A stretch of DNA of 64,000 nucleotides from Eledone cirrhosa (Eukaryota). The notes beneath the pieces are model-generated. The model was given only the letters and a program-made list of their open reading frames with translations. It was not told the origin of the DNA and did not search any database. Below are positions 52,571-64,000 of this stretch, piece by piece; within the stretch, counting starts at the first letter, position 1, and each line of letters starts with the position of its first letter. The stretch covers positions 228,284,001 through 228,348,000 of the forward strand of contig OZ024742.1 of assembly GCA_964016885.1 (NCBI GenBank), given 5' to 3'. Position numbers and translations under genes: made by a program.

Positions 52571-54399
52571 TTGCTGATCTGGAAGACCCTGTATTCTTTA
52601 GAATAGCCTAAAGTTCATGAGGTGCATCTGGATCATGGTAGCTCTTGTTTACAGTCTCTGAGTGAGACTCTTGAGATACTCAGAGGGGGACCACAGCTAA
52701 TTAACAGAAGGGCGGACATCTTTGGTGTTTGTCTGCACCCGAGGGTGGCAACTTTCCTCAAACAATATGGAAAGTAACCCCACTTCTGTGTAGTCTTAGA
52801 AAGAACCCCACCCTGCTGAAGTAGCTTACATTCCATATAGAGCCACCTTTAACTCTTAATAGGCATAACACACTGTTTTCCAACATAGTCAGTGTCTACA
52901 GGTATATGCTAACGCTAGAATAGACATACTCTGGATTACTCGCAACTTACCTCTCCTGCCTATCCTGGATAAGTGCTACAGTAGTCCATGACACCTAATT
53001 TGCTCCACTCTGAAAGGTAGTTAGTTACAACCCTTTTAAATTCCTCCCAGGGAAGCAAGCCCATTGCTTCTAGATTATGAATAACTGAATGATGATGATG
53101 GGAGCACTGAAATTCTTTAATGCTTGAAATTCCTTTCTTCTTGCTACCTTTAAAAGTTTATATTGAACAACATATTTTTTAATATATCTGTACAGCCATC
53201 AAATTACTGGTATATATAGGGTTGTTGGCATACTCCTATCTTGTTAGTTTTCACCTTTTGTTTATTTTGGTTTTTGGATCTCTTTCCATTCTTATAATTC
53301 ATCATTTTTAAATATATATATTTTTTTAATGCATTTCTTTATTTGCTTTTTATTACTTTCCTTATCATCATCATCACTGTTTAACATCCATTTTTCCATG
53401 CTAACATAGTTTAGATGAGTTGTTCCATTGTTAGACAAATCAGATCAGATGACTGTGTCTTACTCATACAGAACTGTTCCTGGCTTGGTTTCTACAGCTG
53501 GATATCTTTCCTAATGCCAATCATATTTACATATCATTTTTATCTTCAATCTTAATTCTTGTTTATGCATATCCCCCTATATATATTATATATCAACTAT
53601 GCTACTGCTACTACTACTACAGTCATTGATACCGATGGCTACTCCCTCTTGTTTAACTGTTTTTGTTTTGCAGGTTTGGCTGTTGTTGTTGGGTGATAAT
53701 ATTATCTTCCCCCACCAGCACATGGTTTCAAACTTGTTTTTTGAGCTATCAAACGCTGGCCAACATGTAACCTCTGACTGCTAAAGAATTTACAACTGAC
53801 CCAATATGATAGTGAGTAGATGATCTTGGACATTGGCGCCATTGGGGTATGCAAGGAATATGAAAGATTGGAACTATCTTCAACCAATGGCCAGAGGTTG
53901 ATTGCACCCTTTGTGGTGCTTCTGTGAGGATGTTTGAACTAAAACATGTGTCAATTGGGCTTGGAGGAAACAACATCAATAAACTGCCTGAGGTATATCA
54001 CAAACATGGAAACTGCATGAGTAATTTTAGTTCATGTAATAGTTATCTGATGAGGTTGTAATTGTTACATAACAGTTATCATCGAAATACTTACACCAGC
54101 AATTATCCAATCAATAAAATGGAGTAAATTCAAACCAATAGGCTTCTAATTCATTGTTTTATATATATTTATATGAGCGTTTGTCCTCATATGACCAATA
54201 ATTTTGGAGGTATGTTTACCAATGTGGGTAACACTATGTAAATAAATAAAAATATATTAATCATCATTTTATGTCAGTTCACCAAGCTTTTAACATTATG
54301 AATATACAATAAATACATATTTGTACTTATACAGCACAGGATTAACCAATACTGCCTGGATGAGAATACAAGCATACATGCTTATATTCTTCTCATCAT

Positions 54400-54965
54400 G
54401 TCAAATTGTTACAAAGGAAAAAATGATGCTCTAGAAAGGAGCAACTACAGAGGTGTGAAACTGATGGACCAACTTATGAATGTGACAGAAAGTTTTAGCA
54501 CAACTAGTTAGGGAAAGAGTAAAATTAGATGAGATGCAGTTTGGGTTTGTGCCACAGGGGTACACCGCAGATGCCTTCTTAGTGAGACAGCTACAAGAGA
54601 ATTTCCTAGTTAAATGTACTTAACTTCCAGCTGTACTTAGCTTTAGTAAATTAGGAAAAACTATTTGACAGAGTTCTACAACCTGTTTTATGGTGGTCCT
54701 TAAGGAAAATTTAGCTCATGAGAGCAGTGCAAGCCATGTACACAGGTGCCGTCAGTAAATTGAGAGTAGGTCAGGAGTTTAGTGAGGAATTCAATGCAGA
54801 GGTAGGTGTTTATCAAGGCTCAGTCCACAGTCTAATCTTGTTAATTATAGTTCTCCAAGCCATAACAGGAGTTTAAGACTGGCTGTTTATAGGAACTTCT
54901 GTGTAAGAGCTAAATAAGAAATTCCTGTTGTGGAAACAGTACCTAGAAAGTCCAAAATTTTAGTA
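54400..54965 (+). mobile_element. RTE RT fragment
   Basis: NYRGVKLMDQ, MQFGFVP and VGVYQGSV. Confidence 0.8.
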
Positions 54966-55082
54966 AGACTCTGATTACATCAGAGAAGTTGGTTAGATCA
55001 AGGGCAACAAGTCTTCAACTCTTCTATTATAGCCTGCAGGATGATGATAAACGAGAGGACTTGATGATTTCTTCCAATCAGG

Positions 55083-55703
55083 AGTCTACTCCAGCACAGC
55101 TTCCCTCTCCTTATGGGTCTGCTCCATCACTACTTCCCTCCACTCTTTGGTCTACTCCTGCAACTAATGCCTCTCCTTCATGATAGCCTCCCCCCACTCA
55201 TAATTTTACTCTAGCACAGTTTCCTTTGTCTCATGGGTCTACTTTAGCATAGCTTCCTTCTATTCAAGGATCTACTCCAGCACAGCTTCCCTCCACTCTT
55301 TGGCTCACTCCAGCACACCTTCCTTCGACTCTTAGGTCTATTTGTGCACAGTTTCCCTCCATTCATGAGGCTACTCCAGTACAGCTTCCCTCCATTCATG
55401 GGTGTATTCCTGCACAGCTTTCCTCCACTCATAGGGCTACTCCAGTACAGCTTCCCTCCACTCTTTAGTCTACTCCAGCACAGTTTCCCACCACTCAAAC
55501 ACAGCTTCCTTCCACTCAAGGGTCTACTCCAGCACAGCTTCCTTCGACTCTTTTGTCTATTCCAGCACAGCTTCCCTCCACTCATGGGTCTATTCCTGCA
55601 CAGTTTCCATCCACTCATGGGGTTACTTCAATACAGCTTCCCTCCACTCATGGGTCTATTCCAGCACAGCTTCCCTCCATTCATGGGGTCTACTCCAGTA
55701 CAT
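55083..55703. repeat. Degenerate 33-bp tandem repeat (CCAGCACAGCTTCCCTCCACTCATGGGTCTACT), roughly 15-19 copies
   Basis: 11-aa periodicity in ORFs 55244-55618 and 55344-55712. Confidence 0.9.
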
Positions 55704-55809
55704 CTTACCTAATCTTATTGCACCCCTTTGTCATCTCATCTATAATGTTAAACCGTTTTAGGTGAAGTCTCACCATTCCTGTCCAGGTTTTACTTGAAAC
55801 TTTTGGCAC

Positions 55810-56912
55810 GTAAATAGAGTGAATGATAGAATCATTAAATTTAGACTTGTACAAAATAAAACAACCATGACAACTATATCTGCTTATGCACCTCAATCTG
55901 GACTGCCGGGCGTACTAAAAGACAGGTTCTATGAGTCCCTAATGCACACAACTTCCCAAATAAGCAACAGTGACCTCATAATCATTGCAGGCAACCTTAA
56001 TGAGCATGTTGGACAATACTACGATGGATCCATGGGTGTTATGGGTTTGGTGCTAGAAATGAAGGTTTTAGACTCCTGGAATTCTGCTAATGACAGACCT
56101 ATCTGATGACGAAAAAATGTAGCAAGTGGAGGGATACTGAGCTGATAAGGACCAGTCCAATCCACACAAGTATAAAGATATCTAACATGTACTTCAAAAA
56201 ATGAGACACCCACTTAATCAACTATAGATCAGGTGAGGATGTGAGCCAGATAGATTTTATCCTTATCAGATGATGAGACAGAGTGACAGTTGTAAACACA
56301 AAGTTCCTCCCTGGTGAAGAATGCACCTTCCAACATATCCTAGTAGTTAGCAACATTATAGTTAGCACTAGAAGAACATGGCAACAGAACACAACCTGGA
56401 GAAGAATATGGAAGTTAAAGGACCCATCAGCCAGACACAAATTTAGGAGTATGTTGCTTGATGCTTTTGACCGTAAGGAAGAGCAAATAGAGACATATGA
56501 TACAGAGGATCAGTGGGAGTTCCTGAAAGATAACCTCTTGAAGGCGACCTATGAAATCTGTGGTTGAAGAAGGTCTCTAAGGAGAAGGAGAGTAACATGA
56601 TAATGGAATAGTAAGGTAAATGAGTCAATTAAGTTCAAAAGACAGGCATAGAAAGAATGGCAGAATGGAGGAAGTAGAGAACTCTACCAGATTGTTAGGA
56701 GAGAAGCGAGGTGACAAGTATACTTTGCAAGAAGGGAAGAAGAAAATAAAAAATTTAAGCATGTTCTACAAAGTGGGGATCAAAGATGTGAGGTGTTCAG
56801 GATTGCAAAGCAATGTGTCAGGGAAGATTGTGATGTCATTGGGGAGAAATGTGTTCATGATGAAAAGAGAGTACTCGCCTTCACTGATGGTGAAAAGAAA
56901 GTTGGATGGAAA
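55810..56912 (+). mobile_element. RTE fragment (APE and linker)
   Basis: ISAYAPQSGL...IIAGNLNEHVG, FLPGEECTFQH and RRIWKLKD. Confidence 0.82.
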
Positions 56913-57334
56913 AGCAGCAGAAACTGTCATTTATATATTGGACTGTTCAGTCACCTACAAAAGTGCAGATGAATACATCTCTGGATATACACCCATGACC
57001 AGATTTAAAGGGTGGAAGAGGGGGGTAATTGAGCCCCCGCTCTTCTGGCACCCCTATGAAAGTCTTTGTACTGTAGATTCCCAATGGAATACCCCCCAGT
57101 TGCCAGTGGATGGCTCTATACTAGAAGGGATATATCTTTTGTGATAATTTGACTTAATCTTTTAGACATACTAGAACTGTTTTTAACAATGTATATAGTA
57201 CCAGTGTTATCACAAAAATTCAACAAAATTTCTCCGCTTAAGTGACAGCAGACACTAGATATTTGTGTGTGCAATTGGATGTCTTTAAGGCTGATATATA
57301 TTGGCTTCATTGTCTGCTAAGAATGTATACTACA

Positions 57335-58885
57335 TGCAAGTTGGTGTCCATCAGGGCTTTAGCCCCCTACTATTTATTATTGCCCTTCAGGCTATAACAG
57401 AGGAGTTCAAGACCGGCTGCCCATGGGAACTCCTATACGCAGATGATCTAACGCTCATAGCTGAATCAATGACCGAACTAGAGAAGAAATTCCAAACGTG
57501 GAAGCACGGCCTAGAATCAAAAGGCCTTAAAATTAACCTGGCTAAGACTAAAGTTCTAGTTTGTAGGAAAGAAAATAAGGCGGCGGTCCCATCGGGGAAA
57601 TGGCCATGCTCAGTGTGTAGGAAAGGCGTAGGTAGAAACTCCATTTTATGTCCCAAATGCAAAGTATGGGTGCATAAAAGATGTAGTGGGATCACAGGTA
57701 AGCTAACTAAGAACATAGATTTTACATGTGGCCGGTGCTCTGGTGCAATAAGTAGCAGCAAGTGCCCACAAAATACTAGCTCCTTCAACTGCGCAGAGGG
57801 TTCTATAGAAATAGTGGACAGCTTCCGTTATCTGGGTGACAAAATCAGCAGTGGGGGAGGGTGCTCTGAAAGTACAGTAGCTAGAGTCAGAACTGGATGG
57901 AAAAAGTTCAGAGAGCTTATACCACTATTAGCCGCGAGAGGGTTCTCCCTAAAAATGAAAGGCAGGTTATACGATGCCTGCATACGAACAGCAATGCTGC
58001 ATGGCAGTGAGACCTGGGCATTGTGTGCAGAGGATATACGCAGACTAGAGAGGAACGAAGCTTGCATGCTCCGCTGGATGTGCAATAGTAATATACGTGA
58101 ACGGCAAAGCATAAACGAACTAAGGAAAAAATTAGAAATAAGAGGGATCAGATGTTGTTTACTCGAGAGAAGGCTACGTTGGTACGGTCACGTGATGCGC
58201 ATGAAAGACGACAGCTGTATAACAAAGTGCAGGGCAATAAAGATAGACGGTAGCCACGGAGTGGGACGAGCTGATAAATTCCGACCTCACACGCTTACAC
58301 CTCTCCAAGACAATGTCACTGGACCGAGACCTTTGGCGGTACTCAGTAATAGAGAAGACCCGCCTTACCTAAATACAAAGTAAAAACCTACTACAGTCAG
58401 TAGGCATCTCTATCAAAACACACCCCCGTCCCACCACCTCCACCCCACCCACACCGCCCCTTTCAATGTAAAGTTATGTTGGTCCCACAACATCCAGGCC
58501 GAAACAAATGAGATCGTGTAGGTGTCACGACAAAAAACACACAGTCCACGCTGTAAATGTGGCCGTGTAGGCAACACGGTAAAAACCTCCCAGCCCCACA
58601 CTGTAAATGTGGTTGGTGTTAGGAAGGGCATCCAGCTGTAGAAAACCCGCCAGACAGTCCACGCTGTAATGTGGCCGTGTAGGCAACACGGTAAAAACCT
58701 CCCAGCCCCACACTGTAAATGTGGTTGGTGTTAGGAAGGGCATCCAACTGTAGAAAACCCGCCAGACAGTCCTATGCGAGCAAGACAACCACTCTTGCCT
58801 CAAGTGGGAAAACCCCCGTCCAAACCCATGCAAGCGTGGAACACGGACGCTAAACCTGATGATGATGATGATGATGATGATGAAC
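57335..58885 (+). mobile_element. Young RTE 3' half (RT palm, Cys/His finger insert, thumb, 3' UTR, (GAT)n tail)
   Basis: ORF 57301-58383 has VGVHQG, LLYADDL, CSVC...CPKC.VWVHKRC...CGRC, FRYLG and RRLRWYGHV. The tail is at 58858-58882. Confidence 0.92.
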
Positions 58886-59335
58886 CATACAAGGACACAC
58901 AGACATAATTATACACATGTATGTATAGATAGTAGTAACAGGTAGGTAAAGATATCCAAAGTATAGAGCAACTCATGTCCATAGGGTGAGTTTAAATATA
59001 CTTATTAAGGTCAGTTAATACTTTAGTAAAGCCACAGAAGATGAGAACTAATTATCTGAGGAATTGTGTTTAAATATGTCCCACACTGTACAAAATACCT
59101 TTATATGTGTTGCGATTCATGAGTTAGTTAAAACCTTGCACCATATGCTGCCAGGGAAGCAGATATAAATAGGACTGGACATTGCATTGACCAGAAAGTA
59201 TGTATATTTTCCTGAATATTATCAGCTTTATATATGTATACAAAACTATGCATTTCTCTTCTCTCTCTCTATACATACATCTTTTAATTGGAATTATATA
59301 TGTGCGTGCATGTATTTTCATATCTTTAAGGTTGA

Positions 59336-59367
<32 letters not shown>

Positions 59368-60000
59368 GATTTCTGAAAGGCTACATGGATTCCTAAATAC
59401 TTTCAACCTATCGCAGTCATTCATAGATATTATTTCTCCTCTCTTGCAGGTATCTGCCTTTCTCAATTTCAAAATGTCCTGTTCACATTGTTTATTTTTA
59501 TTGTTGTTATTATCATTGGCTGTGCCACAACTTGTATACTTCAACATTGTTTTTCGAATTACACCACACTGGTCATTATATTTCTCTCTCTAGGAATGTC
59601 ATCCCTAACCCTGTCATCACCTCCCTCTTCTCTCATACATTTCAATGTTTATGAAGCTAGGTTAGAAATATTTGCCTTGTCCAATATGCCTACTTGTACT
59701 GGCTTATTTCCCTCAAGCTGCATAAATTTCCTATGATGATATATGCGTGCTAGCTGCCTATCTCACATTTTCCCTGCCACCTGCCCCCACAGGCTATTCG
59801 ACCAATCAAACCTCAACTCATTATCAGCCCCAACAAACACTGCCATTACTACTACTACTACTGCACTCCTAGCCCTTACCAGCCCCAACAAACTCTGCCA
59901 TTACTACTACTGTCCTTCTAGCCCTGCACTAAATAATAATAATTCTTTTACTGATATCTATGGATAAGCTGAGGATAAATGGAACAACCCGAATTAATAA

Positions 60001-63000
60001 ATGAATATGAATCCGCAAGCTAACAAACACCCATGCAAAGCTTTAATCCAGAGACAGGAAGCATACACACATCCCCGCCAAAATTCACCCCATCCTATGA
60101 GTGATGGCAAATGTCCAAAACTCCGAGTTGGAACCATCAATGTAAGCACAATGAAAGGAAGAGCAGGAGAAATTGTAGAGATGCTAGAGCAAAAGAAAAT
60201 TGATGTATGCTGTGTGCAGGAGACTAGATGGAGAGGAGAGTCCACTAGAGTCCTCGTAGGCAAAAGTCAATGCTACAAATTTTTCTGGGTGGGAAATGAC
60301 AACGGGATGGGAGGTATAGGTATACTATTAGCTGACAAATGGGTTGATAAGGTAATCTCAGTGAACAGGGTGAATGCAAGAATCATTAAACTCAGACTAG
60401 TCCTGAATAAAACAATTGCTACAATAATATCAGCTGACACACCCCAATCGTGGTTGCCAAACGAACTTAAGGATAGGTTTTACAAGTCCCTAATGCACAC
60501 TACTGCCCTAACAAACGACAATGACTTCCTAATTACTGCAGGAGATTTTAATGGACACGTTGGTAAACACCGTGATGGCTTCTATAGAGTCCATGGAGGC
60601 CACTGGTTTGGCACAAGAAATGAAGAAGGCTTCAGGCTTCTAGAATTCTGTGATGCCAATGACATGTCAATATGTAACACAAACTTCAAAAAACCCGACA
60701 ACCATCTGATCACCTATAGATCAGGGGAGTATTCTAGTCAGATAGATTTTATCCTCATCAGAGGGCATGATTGATGGACGGTTGTAAACACAAAACCCTT
60801 CCCTGGGGAGGAATGTACCTCCCAACATAACTTAGTTGTCAACGACCTCATTGTCAAAACTTGACGAATTTGGAAACAGAAGGCAACCTGGAGAAGAAAG
60901 ATATGGAAGCTGTAAGACCCCTCAGCCAGTAACAGATTTAAAGATATTCTACTCGACGCCTATGACAGTAAAGAAGAACAGATAGAGACATTCAATGTAG
61001 AAGAGCACTGGGATTTCCTAAAAATTAACTTACTAGAGGCGACGGATGCGGTCTGTGGTTGGAGGAGAGTGACTTGGTGGTGGAACAATAAGGTAGATGA
61101 GGCAGTTAAGGCTAAGAGACAGGCATGGAAAGAATGGAAGAACAGGGGAAGCAGAGTACATTACATAGAGACCAGGAGGGAAGTCAGGCGACAAGTATAC
61201 TTAGCTAGGAGGGAAGCAGAGGATAAAAAATTCAAGCATGTTTTGCAACGAGAGGACCAGAAACAGGAGGTGTTCAAGATTGCAAGGCAGTGTGTCAGAG
61301 AGAATTGTGATGTCATTGGAGAGAAGTGTATCCGGAATGATAAAGGTGAGCTTGCCCTCACAAGTGCAGAGAAGAAAGCTGCGTGGAAGAGCCATTATGA
61401 AAGATTACTAAATGAGGAGAATGCATGGGAAAAAGAGACCCTACCCTAAGTGGACCCTATAGAGGGGCCAGCAGTACAAGTCAACAGCAGCGTAGTAAGG
61501 CAATCAAAGATATGAAGACAGGGAAGGCAACCGATCCATCGGGTATAGCTACTGAGATGCTGAAGGCATCTGGGTCGGTAGGCCACACCATAACCACACA
61601 AATTGTTAACTAGGTAATACTAGAGGGTATCATACCAAAGGATTGGTGCAGCAGCATCATTGTCAACTGCTACAAGGGTAAAAGTGATGCACTAGATAGA
61701 GGAAACTATAGAGGTATAAAGCTGATGGACCAGGCCATGAAAGTAACGGAAAGAGTTATAGCACAGTTGATTAGGGACCGGGTAAAACTAGATTAGATGC
61801 AATTTGGATTTGTACCAGGAAAAGTCACCACTGATGCCCTCTTCCTAGTGAGGCAGTTACAGGAAAAGTACCTAGCTAAAAGTAAGCCACTCTACCTGGC
61901 ATTCGTTGATCTGGAAAAAGCCTTTCAAAGAGTCCCCCGTGCTATAATCTGGTGGGCTTTTAGAAAATTAGAAGTAGATGAATGGCTTGTGAAAGCTGTC
62001 AGCAAAGTTAGGGTTAGCAATGACTATAGCGAGGAACTTAGCATACAGGTCGGTGTCCACCAGAGCTCTGTTCTTAGCCCTCTCCTGTTCATTATAGTTT
62101 TGCAGGCAATAACGGAGGAGTTTAAGACCAGATGCCCATGGGAACTCCTATATGCGGATGATTTCGCACTTATAGTTGAATCTATGGTGAAACTAGAGAA
62201 GAAATTCCAAACATGGAAGCAGGGACTAGAAAGAAAGGTTCTCAAAGTCAACCTGACAAAGACTAAGGTTCTTGTAAGTAGATGAGAAAACAGAACCCAG
62301 ATCCCCTCAGGGAAAATGGTCTTGCACAGTATGTAGGAAAGGTGTAGGTAGGAACTCCATCCTCTGCCCCAAATGCAAACAATGGGTACACAAGAAATGT
62401 AGTGGGATCTCAGGAAGCTTAACTAAGTATGTAGGCTTCATATGTAGTAGCTGTGCTGGGACAGCAAGCAGCATACGGCCACAGGAAACAAGCACCACCA
62501 AACTCTGGGAGGGCTCTGTAGAAAGAGTAGACAGCTTCTGCTACCTAGGTGACTGAATTAGCAGCGGAGGTGGGTGTTCGGAAAGTACAATAATTAGGGT
62601 AAGAACGGGATGGAAGAAGTTCAGGGAGCTACTGCTACTGCTAGCTGCAAAAGGCTTTCCCCTCAAAATGAAAGGCACATTGTATGATGTGTGTACACGA
62701 ATAGCAATGTTACATGGTAATGAGACCTGGGCGCTGTCTGTAGAAGACTTGCGCAGATTAGAAAGAAATAAAGCTTGCTTGCTCCAATGGATGTGTAATA
62801 GTAATATATGCGAACAGCAAAGCATAAACGAACTGAGAGAGAGACTGAGCACAAGAGGAATCAAATGCTGTGTGCAGGAGAGGAGGTTGCGTTGGTATGG
62901 ACATGTGATGCGTATGAGGGATGACAGCTGCATAAAAAGATGCAGAGTACTAGAAGTCGATGAAAGCCGCGGAATGGGGAGACCCAAGAAGACCTGGGAT

Positions 63001-63397
63001 GAGGTGATAAAAGCCAACCGTACCCAATTGCACCTCTCAAGGGCGATGACACACAACCATGACCTCTGGTGTCACGCAGTAATACAGAAGACCCGACTTC
63101 CCACGGGAACAAGCCAAAGCATATAGACAATATGCTCCCACCCCCTCTGACTGCAAAGTGGTCGTGGAGGTGCCACAGCAAAAAAGCACCCAGCCCACAC
63201 TGTAAAGTGGACGTGTAGGCGCCACGGAAAAAAAGCACCCAGCACTCACTGAAAAAGAGCTTGGTGTTAGGAAGAGCATCCAGCTGTAGAAATCAAGTCA
63301 GAATCAGTTCCTGTATCAGCAAGACAAGGTCAGCCGACTGGACACTGCTCACAATAGGACAACCCGTCTAACCCATGCTAACATGGAAGAACGGTGG
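60001..63397 (+). mobile_element. Near full-length RTE LINE (single APE-RT ORF, multiply disrupted)
   Basis: 60001-60774 is APE (GTINV, VQETRW, GDFNGHVG, IDFIL). It is followed by 61069-61449 (WWW), 61797-62285 (RT, YADD), 62668-63126 (thumb) and a 3' UTR with 48-bp-like units. The 5' UTR probably extends left of 60001. Confidence 0.93.
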
Positions 63398-63950
63398 TTT
63401 CACATGATTTAATTGAGAGTGCTATTTTAAAATGCTGCATCATGCATCAGAAAAATACATTTTTCTGCTGGTAACCAGCACAGATAGAAGGATGAAAGAA
63501 AATAATGGGAAAGTGAACCTAAAGCTATGGTGTCTGTCTAAATAGAAAGTTAATCATAACTATGATAAGGTTAAATGAAAAAAACAATATTGTCTCTGAT
63601 TGAGACAAGGCGAGAGTGTATTTGAATATATATAAAAAGGAGAAAACACATCGCTAGAGCAGCCATTAAAACAGCTAAATGCATACACACACATAAAACA
63701 AAAGAGAGAGTGTGTGATGTCAACACTTCCGGTGGCGATCACTTAAATAAACATACTAATTTTATCCTAATGCAGTTTATATATAATATCGTCTTTTTTT
63801 AATGTATCATTGATTACGTTACTGATTACATAAGACAGTGTAACGTCTTCTTTCAATTTCTGTTTATATTGTCAATTGCGATTTTATTCGATGCATCATA
63901 TCTACATGTATATATACTTGCGTATAATATCAATATACACACTACACATG

Positions 63951-63988
63951 CTAGCAGAAAACCACCCGAAGGGTGGTTTTTCTGCTAG
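63951..63988. repeat. Near-perfect palindrome of a Helitron-type 3' terminus
   Basis: CTAGCAGAAAACCACCC-GAA-GGGTGGTTTTTCTGCTAG, related to 24726-24754. Confidence 0.7.
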
Positions 63989-64000
63989 TGTGTATAATTA

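Noticed and set aside
56100-56185. C/D-box snoRNA-like insert in an RTE (CTGATGA...CTGA)
   Set aside because: The C box is imperfect, there is no terminal stem, and no rRNA complementarity was recognised.

Overview
This is AT-rich, repeat-dense animal genomic DNA. It is very probably from a coleoid cephalopod (octopus-like); this is inferred from the [12 protein letters not shown]-type C2H2 arrays, the RTE LINE and SINE families and the (TA)n/(GA)n microsatellites. The backbone is a tandem, same-strand cluster of three paralogous poly-C2H2 zinc-finger genes, each starting with an MENELW(E/K)KQxxIKxE peptide. ZNF-A (9558-11039) is intact. ZNF-B (25943-28225) is a pseudogene that has lost its promoter block and splice acceptor. 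ZNF-C (45557-47125) has a broken 5' end but an intact 14-finger ORF from an internal ATG. The rest is nested transposable elements: a Gypsy inside a Gypsy, a young CR1-like LINE, many RTE fragments and one near full-length RTE, a CRE-like fragment, Penelope-like elements with hammerhead-ribozyme motifs, Helitrons, piggyBac, Tigger and mariner remnants, and tRNA-derived SINEs. A 60-copy 48-bp minisatellite has expanded inside an RTE 3' UTR, and there are several long inverted repeats. No CRISPR, rRNA or bona fide tRNA gene was seen. All alignments and folds were done by eye and no database searches were run.
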